Positions 12,021-25,689 of a stretch of DNA of 64,000 nt are shown here, in pieces (position 1 is the first letter of the stretch; every line of letters starts with the position of its first letter). A model generated the notes under the pieces. It did not search any database and was not told the DNA's origin. It worked only from the letters and a program-made list of their open reading frames with translations. The stretch spans positions 59,956,001-60,020,000 of the forward strand of contig NW_024704742.1 in assembly GCF_018977255.1 (NCBI RefSeq), given 5' to 3'. The position numbers and the translations under genes are program-made. This DNA is from Callorhinchus milii. Its lineage: Eukaryota.

Positions 12021-12330
12021 AAGATCCTTGTTCTCACCTTTAATACTTCACTATCTCGCACCCACCCTACTTTCTGAAACCTTCTACAATCCTACCAACC
12101 CAGCCAATACTCGAGCAGCAAACACTAGCTTCCTTCATGCTCCCACCCTATCCCTCCAATCATCAGCAGGTGACCTTTCAGGCATTCTGCCCCCGCTCTC
12201 TGGAACTCCATCCTGGAGTTCTTCCTTCCCTCCCCATGTTCAAGGGCTGCCTCAAGACTTACCTTTTCAACCATACTTTTGGACATGTATTCCTTCTTCA
12301 GCTCCAACCCCCACCCACCAGCTCAGGTGA
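12021..12330 (+). mobile_element. Degenerate L2 3' fragment
   Basis: AAGATCCTTGTTCTCACCTTT ... CTCTGGAACTCCATCC ... CTCAAGACTTACCTTTTCAACC matches the L2 ORF2 end seen at 2020-2290. Confidence 0.7.
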
Positions 12331-15300
12331 CAGGGTAACTCCCATGAAACCGAATTGCTCCCATTGTCAACAATCCCTCCAAATAAAATTTGTCATTCAC
12401 GTCATGGCTGTAGGACACTGCTATGTGCAATTGTGCTGCCACAATTGTCTACGATACACAGACACTCCATTTCACTCAATTTTTTCCAGTGAAGTGCTTT
12501 AAGACACCTGTCCCATGTGATAAGATGCCATGTCAAATGCAAGAATTATTATTATCATTATTATAATATATACAATATATACAACAGAAAATGATTGCCT
12601 CTCTTCCACTAATTCCAATTGTCTTCACTTGTCCATACACCAGGGGGTTGCATTACTGCACACTTAACAACTAGAAGCAGACCTCAGTCACTACTGTTTC
12701 TTACATCTATTGGAGATGGTTGAATCTTAATCCATGATGGTTGAGCAAAATATCTTTCAATACCAACCTTATGGCTATCTGCTTGTCAACCGGACAAAGG
12801 AGTAAAGAACTGCCTTTCATCTTTGTTTATTATAATGGTACATATCCTATAGTGACGGTGGGGAAAAGTGCTGTTGCCACAGACACACTATCAGAATAAC
12901 TCACTTCAATCAAAAATGGAAGAAGAAATATGTACACACTATCATTTTTATAATCAAGAATTTCTGAAGAGCTTCATAGGTGAAACCTGCATTATAAAAG
13001 CTTTCTATAATCAAGATCATTCCCCTGAAGTTGTTAACGATCTCCTTAATATAATTGTTTCAGCGACCTCCCTTTTCTGGCACTGAACACCCATATTACA
13101 ATTGTGGATTGGAAGTCAGAAATTTATGTCGACTTTAAATGCTTCAGAATTATGGTGTAATGTATGCATTAATCGGGAAAACAATCTAATTTAATTTAGG
13201 CTTGAGAAGATGTTATTGCCTGGGAGGCTACAGGAACTTGGAAAAGTTGCTTCTGGACAATCTAATGTTAATTGAAAATTGTCCAGCAGGATACTAATGT
13301 GATTAGAATTGCATGTGCCCCAAAGGAGGAGAACATCAAACCACACTTTTAAAACAAACTAGTCTCAATTGAAAACCTTAACCTTTCTCACAATGTTTCA
13401 CTCGTTGAAAATTGCTTTGCTAAAATAGTGCTTTTGGGAACAATTAAAAAACGTATTTGGAAAATCTGTTGATGCTGGACAAATTGTAGATCATCTGATC
13501 ATATTGATTTTGCATCAGTGTGTATTACAATCTAGTCTGGCAATTATGCGCAACGTACACAGCATTAGGTCAGGTTCCTTTTTTTCGCATCACTGAAGGC
13601 CAAAGTAAGATAATTGCACAATAATTTACAACAGACTGACAAATGAAAGAATCAAATTTCTTTTTCTCTAGGATGTCAGCTGTATATTCATTTGCTGGCC
13701 TGTTACCTGTATCACATTCAGTTTTTGCTTTGACATTGATTGTTGGTTAAATCAGATCATACCATCAATTCATGCTATCTTGCCCATAACTGTTCTTCTG
13801 CTGTGTACTTGACATGTGAATGGCAATATTACTCCTGGGTCCTGATTTACTCTATTAATATAGCTTTTCACTGCATCCAGAATTCGACAAGTTCTTAAAT
13901 GTCGCCTTAATTTTTAAGCTGGTTTTCTATAAATTCTTTTAAGAACGACAGAAAACTGGCTTCAAAGTTAAGACTGAATTCCATAATTTGCCAAATTCTG
14001 AAAACTCGGAAATGTTAAGTTAATAGAATAAATCTGGACCCAGGTGGAATTTTATCCCAGTGATTAGCAGATCAGTCCTTTCCATAGTTAACAGGATTAT
14101 TTTTGTGTGTTATTTTTATATGCATTTGAAATACCATCCAGTTCAGTTCATGAATCATTTATGGGTATTGCCTGAGCACAGCATTAAATGAAAGGACAAT
14201 GGCAAACATAAAATAGAAAGGAAAGCTGTCTCTGATTGAGCAGATGCAATCCAAATCTAAACTGTTTGTTCTCTGAGTAGGAGGGATGAGCTCTTAAATC
14301 TTTCCAAATCCAGATTGACCAGCATTGGGTCAATCTGTTTGGATTGAGTTTGCTTGGTTTAGATTTCAGAGGACACTTCTGGCTTCTCCACACACATGTT
14401 GTGACAGATGATTGACTATCAAGCCAAATGGCACTGCTTGAATATCTGCAGAAATCAAATGTAAATTTGGATGAAAACGACTTTTCTATAGTGAAATAAC
14501 TATAGTAGCTGAGCAGATATTAGTATCCATCCACAAAATACACAGTCACTACACTTTACAGTATATCAGTTAAGTGCTTTGAAATGTCCTCTCGGTGTGA
14601 AAGGCACTCTATAAATGTAAATTGTATTGCACTGTATAGCCAGCCCTGCATTTTTCACACTATGTCACCACTCATTATAGGCCAGAAGAAGCAAATTTTT
14701 CATTGAATGCGTATTTCCTACATGTAATAAACAATAAATGATAAACTGCAGTTGTGTGTTCATTCAGTATTTGCTAGCACAATAATTACAAGATTAGCTG
14801 TATATTATATCTGTATTTTTTTATGATTTAATTTCTTGATATCCTAAATGAACAATGTTAACCTTCTGAAGGACTTTGCAGATATGTTACTTTATTTTCA
14901 TTGCTTCCTGTTCCAAGCAACTGCGCTCTCAGGTAGAATACTTAGATACTCGTATGTCAAGACTGTCTAAAAGATACATGACATATTGAGGTGTATGAAC
15001 AATAATAAGGTCTGTTTTTCTGATAGCTCATCCATCAAACGGCATGGTGGTGCTCTAGAATTTCAATAAATCTTCCTGCCAGTGTAGATCTTTTTAAATT
15101 GCTAACCGGGGAAAACCAGGATTATCAGAAGAAGTGGAAACTTTGTTTCTCTAAGGAACTCAGATAATTCAATCCCCTCAATTTAAACTGAATCATTTGT
15201 TATGTGCATTTCTTAGACAGATATTTAATATGAGGTCTCAAAATGAGGTTTTTTTAAATAAAAAAGGAAAAGCATACATACTCCTCAAATGTGTTCATGT

Positions 15301-16149
15301 ATGTTCAAACGTAGGCAGAAACAAGGCAACATCACATTATATTATTTTACAGTAAGACATTAACTTGGATAAAGGCAACAGAAACCCACCTGAAATAGAT
15401 CTAAGATAAGATGGGTTTTAAAGACAATGGCCAGAGCAAAGGAAGGTATCAGATATGGTTCTCAATACGTCTTCCAGAAAATGATTTGGTGGAAACAGTT
15501 TTTTTTTAACCATTGTGAAGCCATAGTGCAGGGCACCACCAAGTTGAACAGAATAGAAGAGGAAACAAAGGATAGAAATAACCGATGAATTGTAAGTATG
15601 GTAAACATTATCTACCACTGCCACACACAAATATCACTTGTTCCTTTTATGATCAAAGGCAATGTCTACCACTTGAATCCAATTTTATCACAACAATGTA
15701 CATTTAGAGAGCACATTTCATATCACAATATCGCAAAGTTGGTTTGGTAGAAGAAGGTTCGTCAGCCCATTTGATCTCATTCCATCCAGATGACCAACCC
15801 AACCATGCTCCCATCACAGCACTACGCTGCCTTTTAAATGAATCCTGGCCTCAACTACTCTTCCTGGCAACCTGTTACAGTGGTCGATTACCCTCAGGGT
15901 AGAGAAAAACTTTCCAATAACTGTCCTGAAATTGCCCTTTGTAACTTAAGTAAACATAAGTAATCCTGTTCTACTGGCATGGTGCCTGCTAAAGTAAAGC
16001 ATTGTTCCACGTTTATTTTTCAATCCCATTTAAAATGTTATCTGTCTCTGTAAGGATGCACAAAGCAACTGACTGGGAGCGAAAACTGGGTGGAGGAAGA
16101 AGCTGTGAGGATTGGAGGGAAAAGGTGGTTGAAAGCACGGCTGAAGAGA

Positions 16150-16445
16150 TATAGGAACATAGGAACAGCACTAAGCCAGTCAGCCTCATGAGCCCTTTCC
16201 GCCACTCTATAAGATCATGGCTGATCTGTACCTCAACTCCAATTACCAGCCCTTGCCCCATTTCCCTTGATACTCTTACATAACAAAAATCTATCTACCT
16301 CAGTCTTGAAAATTTGACAGCCTTTTGGGGGAGAGAGTTACAGATTTCCAAAGAGTATGCAAAAATGCCTCCTGATTTCACACTAAATGGTTTAGCTCTA
16401 ATTTTAAGATTATGCCTCTTATTTTGGATTCCCCTACTGGAGGTG
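16150..16445 (-). mobile_element. CR1 3' end fragment
   Basis: (ATAGGAAC)2 octamer tail followed by GATCATGGCTGATCTGTACCTCAACTCC, a CR1 3' UTR-type sequence. Confidence 0.65.
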
Positions 16446-16719
16446 ATGGGAATAGTCACAAGCAATAGTCAGTAAGTCACAAGAAGTGAATCATATTATG
16501 ACTCAGGTCTATTGTAAATATGTACCCAGTGCAACTGAACTGTATTTGCTTTGGTCAACTATTTGAGAGATCATGCTTACTATTTCTTATTGCAGTACCC
16601 TCTATCTATCATTATCTGTACGAACAAAGCCCGAATGTTTTCTCACAGATATTAGATTATTTTCTGCCTTGCTTCAGAATCTGTTGCTAATATCATTACA
16701 ACAAGCAATCCCCAAGTTT

Positions 16720-17760
16720 ACTCATGAAGAATATTGGCACAAAGGCCATAGTATTCATATATATATATATTTGAAGAACAAGATTAACAAGATTGTACAC
16801 AACTATTGTTATAACTGCAATAAACATAGCCTCTCAGGGAGATGGCTAAATCTATGAAGAACAAGATAGCGAAGTCATCAAATACTATTGCTGTAGCTAT
16901 CAAAATAGCAATGTCATAGAAAGTCATTCCTGTAGCTATAAAGGATAGTATGCAGTGGCATGCGTGTAGTTATTTTATCCATTAAGAACAGATTTAGTAT
17001 TAATGTCCAAGGGAACCCTGAGGAATAAAAAACTATAAGAACCACTTTTCAAGCCATGAAGAATGTTAAAAACATTTTACCGTTCCCATTGTTCCTGCTG
17101 CAACAACAACAAGCAATAACAGATTGCAAATTGTATAGCTATCAAGAATAGCACAACAAACTCCTATAAACATATTGATTTTGCATATCTCATCCAGGGC
17201 CATCAACCTAACTAATAGGAAAGTTATGGTAATGTCACATTAGGACTATTGTATTTTAAATCACGATAAGCACTGGAGCAATGCTTAACAGGGCAATCAT
17301 TCCATCTACGAAGAACAACATTAAGTTAATGAAAGTTTTTTTTTCTCTAACTTTAAACAACACTCAGGAAACTTACATGGGGGTGGTCAGTCTTGTAGCA
17401 CTGAAATGGCATATAGGGCATTTTTTCAGCCATGAAGAAGAACCTGACAATATTGTGCAGTTCCATTCCTCATAGCAATATGATGCAGGTCCATTGCTTC
17501 AGCCATTAATCCAGCAATGTAGTATGGGTATCATTGTCCAAGTAATAAAGCAATGTTACGTGGAGCTATTGTTCCAGAAATGAAGAATGGCACAACAACA
17601 TTGCATGAAGCCATTATTGTAACTATGAAAAACAGAATAGAACAGGGGCCATTGTGCAGTCATTAGGTGCAACATTGCAAAGACATGTAGAAAGATTGTA
17701 CTGGACATGAAGATTAGACTAACATGAGCAATTGCTGGCCATAACAATACAATTTTTTAA
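16720..17760. repeat. Cryptic, highly degenerate tandem-like repeat
   Basis: Variants of (TGTAG)CYATGAAGAAYA recur at about 16723, 16771, 16852, 16897, 16937, 16980, 17053, 17139, 17306, 17430, 17579, 17623 and 17706. Confidence 0.5.
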
Positions 17761-19714
17761 GGCTATTCTTGAATTTTGATTAAAAACTGATGAGAGCGGA
17801 AGGGATATTGGATCTGGTTAATAACTATGACTACATTCAACTTTAACGGTATTTATTATACTACTTTTGTTCCAAAAGAACTCTAAAAATGTATTCACAA
17901 TTCATATTTTAAAATACAAAGGATTTAAGGGAAATGGGCTATCGACTTACTTGGTGCATTCAATTACCATAGAACCATAGAATGATACAGCACAGAAGGA
18001 GCCCATTTGGTCCATCGTGTCTGTGCTGGCTCATAGGGTGAATTAAGGGTGAATTTTACTGGATTTACAATCCAGATCTAATTGCCACTCTCTGTATAGA
18101 TTGTACAATATGCATTGTTTATGATCTTCACAAATTCTTGTCATTTGTGATGTTTGTGCAAGAAGGAAGTTATGAATATTATGCATTTTTGGGAACAATG
18201 AGCATCCCAGAAATGATTTAATTGTTAATAAGTTATATAAACTTATGGAAATGATATCCCTTTGAAAAAAAATCAAGACATTATATCGTCCCTTTCTTAA
18301 AATATTTCCTCTGTCATCCTTGATTTGGAAATATAAACCAGACAATCTACATCTGCTGATAATACTAAACAACATGCTTGGAAATAACAATGAATAGACT
18401 GACCGGATAAAAAGGACTCTTTATAATTAATGTAATTGGTTTAATAACCCCTTGCCCACCTAGTATCCTCCCAACACTCCCTTTAAAACTCGTCTTGAAA
18501 GTTACCCTCTCAACCATACTTTCAGCCACCTTACCCATCCTCCCCTCAGCTTGGGATACAAGTTAGCTGTGTGAAGTGCTTTGAGATGACCTAGTAAGTG
18601 TACTTAAATGTAGACAAACAGAGTGATTGGTAAAGACAAGTAAAATGTGGACATACAGGAATAAAACTTGAAACATTCAAAATATGTTTCTTGTGATAAT
18701 TCTCACGAGGAACACATTATGAAATGCCACATTTTTCACCCCATAAACTCAATAGAATTGTCAAACATATGGCGAATTTGTGATAAAAGAGATAATCAAA
18801 TATCCAAGTTTCTAATTGTCAAATTGTTTGCCAAATTAGTGACAAATTATTGATGATTATTTTCCAATTTCACAAAACTTTGCAAATAATAAGTCAATTC
18901 ACACTTGTGTTGGGCATTATTTCCTATGAATTACATTCTCCTCACAAATCCACATGCTATTTAATGAAAGGGAAAGCCACTTCACCTCACAACAATTAGT
19001 GCTCATGTTTACATTCAGATGTGCTTTAAATTATTTTTCAGATTTCAAGATGATTTGGCGGAGAAAAAAACATTTAAGAGCTATTACCTAAATGTCTGAG
19101 CTGTTTAGAAAATCAATGTAGGAAGTTATAAACATGTGAGGTAATAAACAGCTCCTATGTGCTGAACAAATGTCAAGGCCCAGGTCTTGGTGTTTAATCA
19201 GAATGAGTGGGAATAATACATTGCTGAGCCCACTTAATAAAAATAAATACTGTTACTATTATTACTACTGCTACCAATAATAATCTTTGCATTTGGTATA
19301 GTACCTTTCATATCAGGAAGTGGCCCCAAAGTGCTTCACGTGATTTTTCTTTGAAGTGGAATGACTGTATTTGTTGGCAAATGCGGCAGTCCAATTACAC
19401 ACAACAAACAGAGAGATTTAATTCGTAATATGACATGTAAGAATACATTTAGTAATATTGGATTTCATTACTTAAAAAAATATAGAATTCTGTTTTTCTC
19501 AAAAAAAATGTGCTCATCAATGCAATAGATGTTAGCACTGGTAGATGGCAAGGTGCAATTTCAGGCATCAGGTATTGGCATCAAGCACTCTTAGCTCAGA
19601 TATAATACAAGAAGCTGTAGGTCAAAGCTTCAAGCTTTCCCTCATCTGCCCGACCATGTATACTTACTGCGCCTTCAATGATCCAAATCAAGGCACCTAT
19701 GTAACAATTTACAT

Positions 19715-20135
19715 CCGGTGCTAAGGAGTCCAGTGAGGATGATCTCCAGTGTTAGAGGAATGAGCTATGAACAATAAATTGACAAGCTCTTTAGTGTTGA
19801 GAGAAGAGGGGACTTCATACAGGTTTTCAAAATTTTAAATGGGATTGAAAAAGTAAACCTAGATCAATACTTCAGGTATATCATGATAGTAGAACAAGAG
19901 GATGCATGTTGAAAGTTGGAAAGAGCAATTTCAGGACAGATACCGGAAGTTTATCTTGACGCAGAAGCTAATCAACTACTGGAACAGGTTACCAGGAAAG
20001 GTGGTAGAGGCCAGGACACTGAATCTATTTGAAAAGCAGTTCGAAATAGTGATGAGGAGACAGTAGGTTCCGTGTTCTGGAGGGATGAGATCAGATGAGC
20101 TGAAGGGCCTTCTTCATCCAAACCAAACTTGTGAT
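19715..20135 (+). mobile_element. Degenerate CR1 3' fragment
   Basis: GAATGAGCTATGAA..., AGAGGGGACTTCATACAGGTTTTCAAAATTTTAAATGG (RGD-I-VFKI), AGAACAAGAGGA (RTRG), ending in GGGCCTTCTTCATC. Confidence 0.65.
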
Positions 20136-20379
20136 CACTAATGGTAATTATCATTAGTGTGAGTTATCACATCACATATTGCAATTGTACTCCAAAGTCC
20201 GAAGAAAATCTTTGCATGTAAAAGGTTATTTGTTGCCAAAGATTAATACTTACTTCTAGAGACCTTCATAATGAAGCAATGTACACTTCATAGAGTATTA
20301 TCTTCATGAAAATATTATATGCAACAATTGCTTCTGAAAACATCAAGTACTGTGGATGGCAGCTCAAGCTTGCTGACAT

Positions 20380-20890
20380 TGTCAACTTCTCCCTATTTTC
20401 AGGTACTCTCCTTCCCCCATTTCAAACTTGCTATTGTCATTATTTTGTCCTTTAACAGTGCTATTCCTCTACCTTCTCAAGCTGTCAACCTGTCTCTAAC
20501 TTCATTTTTTGCCAATGAGCCAAATATTATTGCCTTTTTGCTCTCCCTATTCCTAATTTGAGAGTTGCCTGCAGCACTGAATGTATCTTGATCAAAGTCA
20601 CCAAGGACAAACTTCTGTCTGAGTATGACCGGAGCAATACTGTTACTCATCATCCTTCTTGGCCTCAATCACTGACCACCATTTAACTTTACTCCATTGC
20701 TTTTCTTTCCTAGTCCACTTACGCGGCACTGTGCTTTAATGGTTCAGTTCTTACTCCCCACCATGCCCACCATCATCACATCTTCTCCAAAGCCCTAGAA
20801 ACATAAGAACTCAATTTAGCCCATTGCGTCTGCATCTCCCTCACCCCATGTCGTGACATTTGCCTGTGGTGTATCTGAGGCCTTTATCCT
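20380..20890 (+). mobile_element. Very degenerate L2 RT fragment
   Basis: CAGCACTGAA...ATCAAAGTCACCAAGGAC (STE..IKVT), CTCATCCTTCTTGGCCTC and TGGTTCAGTTCTTAC (WFSSY) parallel the L2 RT at 6100-6300. Confidence 0.5.
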
Positions 20891-21446
20891 TGTTTTCTTT
20901 ATCGTACAGACATCAAAAATATTCCTCACAGTTTGATGGGCTAATTAATAATTGTATTGTTCTATATGTTAGACACCAACTCCATTGCATAAATGTGTTT
21001 TTCATTTCCATTTTTATAGTTTAATATAAGAAGCATGGAATGGATTAATCAAAGCAGATTACATCTCTTGGAGAACTATTATTCCTGTATTTGCTAATTT
21101 TTATGAAAATTCAGTTAAGTATGCCAGTGTGAAATGTCAAGGGATCAAGTCAAAGGATAAATTGTCTGTGTTTAGTGTTATTTTCAGCATTTTAACACCT
21201 CAGAAACCAGTTCTGAAACTTCAGTGGAAAGGAAGAAAGAAATCAATTTAGCTTGTTAAAATCTTATTAATTTCACCAGCACTTCATGGCTGTTTGTGGG
21301 GCATTGCTGCATGTAAAACAGCTACCATTTTTCATCTACAAAATACAATTCACTACACTATACAATATATCCTGTGAAGTTCTCTGAGACATTCCCCTAA
21401 TGTAAAAGGCACAATACCAAGGGAATATTATTATGATTATATTAAT

Positions 21447-21915
21447 CAACAACAACAACAAAAACTTGCAATTATATAGTGCCCTCCATGCAGGGTAGCG
21501 TCTCAGAGTGCTTAACAGTGGCGGAGCCTGACTCCGAGCCAGGGGGAGGGGTGAGATGGTTGCAAGCACGGTTGAACAGGAAAGTTTTCAGGTGGGACTT
21601 GAAAGAGGGGAGAGAGGGGGCAAGGCGGAGGGATTGAGGGAGAGTGTTCCAGAGTTTTGGGGTATAGTGACTGAAAGCACGACCTCCAATGGTGGGGCGG
21701 AGGGTGCGAGGGACAAGCAGGAGGCCGGTGCCAGTTGAGTGGAGGCACAGGGTGATGGATTGGGGAAGTGAGGAGGTCGGAAAGTTAGGGGGTGCCAGGG
21801 AGTGAATGGATTTGAACACGAGAGTGAGGATCTTGAAGTTGATCCGTTCAGCGATCGACTTTGGTATCAGAAAGAGCCAGTGCAGCCTGGCCAGAAGTGA
21901 TAAGATGTGGGGAAT
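21447..21915 (-). mobile_element. L2 3' fragment
   Basis: ORF 21472..22002 has LARLHW...INFKILTLVFK...IGGRAFSHYTPKLWNTLP. (CAA)n tail at 21447. Same subfamily as 394-905. Confidence 0.85.
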
Positions 21916-22045
21916 CAAGGGGAAAATTGAAGTAACACCACAGCACTGAGAAAAGTAAATAGTAAATAGATTTCCACCAAAGTTCACTGATTTTAGATAC
22001 ATTGTGGATGAAGACAGCCGTGCAGAAATCTGAAGTTCTGTTACA

Positions 22046-22550
22046 TTATTTGCAAGTACTGAAGAGTCCTAGCTTGTCTAATTGTTGATCATAGCTCATT
22101 TCTCCAGCACTGGGATCATCCTCATGCTCTCCCCTGCACCACCTCTGGGGCCTGGACAAACCCCTTATGTCATGGTGACTGTATGCAATACTGTATGCAA
22201 TATTCAAGGTGCGGTCTGACCAGAGCACTGTACAACCTGAGAATGACATCTGTGGATTTAAACTCAACTGATTTAGTCATTATTGCTGCCCTCGCACTGT
22301 TTTGACATCGTAAGCAATGAGTCAACTAATACCCCTAGATTTCTTTCACCTTCCCCCTTGGCAAGTTATATCCATCCATGAAGTATTTGTATCCTTGTAT
22401 TCTTGTATCCTGTATGTTGTACCTTGCAGTCATTAGGATTGCATTTAATTTGCCAGCGACCAGCCATGTGCATGCTCAATCAAACTCTTTTTGTAAGACT
22501 TTTGTTGCCTCCTCTGATTCCACAGTTCCCCCAATTTGGTGTCCAACTTT
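22046..22550 (-). mobile_element. Degenerate CR1 ORF2 C-terminal fragment
   Basis: MSYDQQLDKLGLFS in ORF 22046..22267. TTCAAGGTGCGGTCTGACCAGAGCACTGTA is the reverse complement of Y(S)ALVRPHLE. Confidence 0.65.
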
Positions 22551-23224
22551 AGTACATCATAATCATATTCAATGCTTAGTCAATTTCTAAACTTAGCTAA
22601 CAAACTCATGCTCATGTGTTTTGTTAAAAATAAATTGCCAAACCGGCTTTCTCCCAAGTTTCCTCAACAGAGGCTCATCAAGCTATTGGATTGTAATGTT
22701 AGTAGCATTAATCATGTTATTACAGATGAGATCTTAAAGAAAAAGCAACTGTTGAACAGATGTTAAAATTGATATCATCTATTACGATAGTAAAATCAGG
22801 TAGAACAGAAAAGGAATAACAGTACGGAGATTTATTCATCTCATTGTTCACAGCCATGAGAAACATTAAGCTTTGTCACTTAACCTTTATTTTATGATGG
22901 ATTTATATTACGATCTATTTGCCACATAAATATGCCTTTCCCTCATTTAATTACACTCTCTGTTTAGCAAATAACATTTGTGTTTAAGGACAGATGTTCA
23001 ATTAGAACCATTTAATTAAGAGTTTTAAATAATTAATTAGTTTTAAGCTTGATTGGCGCTCTGCATACTACAGCCGATTTGTTGTAAGTCTCTGGATATC
23101 TATCTGTCTTAAACTTTTTCATGTTCAATGGATTATTTAAGCCTGGCCAAAAAGAAAGGTCATCTGTATATGAGATAACTTGTTGGAGGTTCCATCCTTC
23201 AGATGATGTTAAACAGGGATTCTG

Positions 23225-24997
23225 TCTGCCTGGTCTGAAGGTCATTAAAAATACCATGGCACTACTCAATCAATCAGAATACAGAAAGTACAGAAGAGAA
23301 TGAAAAAAAGAAAATAAGAGAGATAAATAGATTGTATGAAAAAAGATTAGCGGTAACATAAATGTAAACCCTAAAGTATTTTCTAAGCATATCAAGAATA
23401 GAAGGTTAGTCAAAGGTAGGGTGGGACCGATTAGCGAACAAAGAGGAAATCTTCTTATGGAGGCAGAGGGCATAGCTGACATACTGAATGAGTACTTTCA
23501 TCTGTTTTCACAAAAGAAGAGGATGCAGCCAATACCACAATATCGGAGGAGAGAAATTGGATAGGTTAAAAATAAACAGAGAGGCAGTACTAAAAAGGTT
23601 GACAGTGCTCAAGGTAAGTACGTCAACTGGTCCAGATGGAATGCATCCTAGGTTACTGAGGGTGGAAATGGCAGAGGCTCTGGCCACAATCTTTCAATCC
23701 TCCTTGGATACTGAGAGTGGTGCCAGAGGACTGGAGGGTTTGCAAATGTTACCCCCCTGTACAAAAAGGGGGAGAAGTGATAAAGCCAGGAGCTGCAGGC
23801 CAGTCAGCCTAACGTCAGTAGTGCAGAAACTTTTTGAGATGATAATCCTGATCATTTTTTTTTACTTAGTGAAATATGGGTTAATAAAGGACAGCCAATA
23901 CAGATTTATTAAAGTCAAATAATTTCTAACAAACCTGATAGAGTTTTTTGATGAAGTAATGAGAGGGTGGATGAAGGTAGTGCAGTTGATTTAGTATATA
24001 TGGATTTTCAAAAGGTTTTGATAAAGTGGCAAATTAATAGACTTGTTAGAAAATATTGAAGCTCATGGTATTAAAGGGATAGCGGCAGCATGGATACAAA
24101 ACTGGCCGGGGGAACAGAAACAGATAGTAGTGGTGAATGGTTGTTTCTCTGACTGGAGGGAAGTAAACAGTGGTGCTCCCCTTGGGTCGGTATTAGGGCC
24201 ACTGCTCTTTTTAATAAATGACCTGGACTTGGGTATAAGGTGTACAATTTCCAAGTTTGCAGATGATATAACACTAGGAAAAGTAGTAAACGATGAGGAC
24301 ATTAGCAGACTGCAAGAGGACATAGAAACACTGGTGAAATAGGCAGACACATGGCAGATGAAATTTAATGCTCTGGCAGATTAAATGCAAAGTGATGCAT
24401 ATTGGGAGGAAGATTGAGTAGAGGTAATATAAGCTGATGGTACAATTTTAAAGGGGGTGAAGGAATCAAGGGACCTAAGGGTTCATATAAGTAAATTTTT
24501 GAAGGTGGCAGGACAGGCAGATAAAGCTGTTAAAAAAACATACAGGATACTCAGCTTTATAAATAGGGGCATAGAATACAAAAGTAAGGAGGAACAACCT
24601 TTATAAAACACTAGCTAGACCTCAGCTAGAGTACTGCATTCAATTCTGGGCACCACACTTTAGGAAGGATGTCAAGGCCTTAGAGAGGATGCAAAGGAGT
24701 TTTACTAGAATGGTACCAGGAATGAGGGACTTCAGTTATGAGGGCAAGCTAGAGAAGCAAAGATTATTCTCCTTGGAGCAGGGAAGGTTAAGAGGAGATT
24801 TAATAGAAGTTTTCAAAATTATGAGGGGATTTGTTAGGGTGAATAGGAAGAAACTGGTTCCACTGGTGGATGTGTTGGTAACCAGAGGACACAAATTTAA
24901 AATGGTTGCCGAAAGAACCAGATGGAAAGTGAGGAGAATATTTTTCACACAGTGAGTTGTTTAGATCTGGAATGCGTTGCCTGAAAGGGTGGTGGAA
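23225..24997 (+). mobile_element. Degenerate CR1 ORF2 (RT region to C-terminus)
   Basis: ORFs 23488..23922 (TGPDGMHPRLL, RPVSLTS), 24043..24342 (GSVLGPLLFL, SKFADD) and 24689..24955 (RLRGDLIEVFKI). Many frameshifts; collinear with the CR1 at 2501-4400. Confidence 0.92.
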
Positions 24998-25011
24998 TAA
25001 ATACATATATA

Positions 25012-25645
25012 TCTTTACACTAATAAAATGACAATGTCTGTCTGCGGTTCAAAAAGGATCTCAATAATTGATTGATGTACAGACATGATTGTACCTCATT
25101 AGAAAAGTCTTGCACCTTGGAGTGACATGGGCATTTTTTGGGGGTATCTCCTATTGTTCATGGGTTATTTTCATTTTGTGTTTTTTGCTGCAGTTACAAC
25201 TTGTGGCCCCTGAGTCAAAGTAGCCCTGTGGCATCATGCGTCACAGAGCACCTACATATGTATGCACACACTGCAGTTATACCTGCTGGCTGACCATGGT
25301 GCTGTGGCATTTTGCGTCACAAAGCACGCACGTATGTACGCATGCACTGCAGTTACACCTGCTTGCCAAACCGGCTGACTGTGGCGTTGTGGCATCCTAC
25401 ATCACAGAGCACACATGTAGCCAAGTGGCGGGAACAAAATAAAGAACACAGACAAAGCTAAGTCATGGCAACAATGACAAAATTACATTTTTAAAGCACC
25501 GATTCCACCCACTAAGTCCTCCCACAGGTGTCCTCCCAGATGAGTATGGATAAAGTTGAAACATCTGTCTGTGTATCTGTCTGTGTGTCAATCTACATTC
25601 TATATTGGATCCTTTGGTTCCAAGCAAAGCTGCAACGGGTACAGT

Positions 25646-25648
<3 letters not shown>
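25012..25648 (+). mobile_element. Probable non-autonomous Helitron (degenerate)
   Basis: Starts A|TCTTTACACTAATAAAA...GTCTGTCTG, like the 5' ends of animal non-autonomous Helitrons. The end CCAAGCAAAGCTG..GGGTACAGTTAT|T looks like a decayed hairpin plus CTAG. It sits in a TA-rich site with no TSD and has internal 76-85 bp tandem units. Confidence 0.5.
25188..25420. repeat. Internal minisatellite, about 3 units of 76-85 bp
   Basis: YTGTGGCAT..GCGTCACARAGCAC starts at 25226, 25302 and 25387. CTGCAGTTA recurs at 25188, 25271 and about 25347. Confidence 0.8.
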
Positions 25649-25686
<38 letters not shown>

Positions 25687-25689
25687 TAT
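25648..25689. repeat. (TA)n microsatellite
   Basis: About 14 TA units followed by CACACATATATAT. Confidence 0.95.

Noticed and set aside
13655..13812. Exon after the strong acceptor TTTCTTTTTTCTCTAG (13670)
   Set aside because: No good donor nearby, the frames examined end in stops, and no recognisable peptide.
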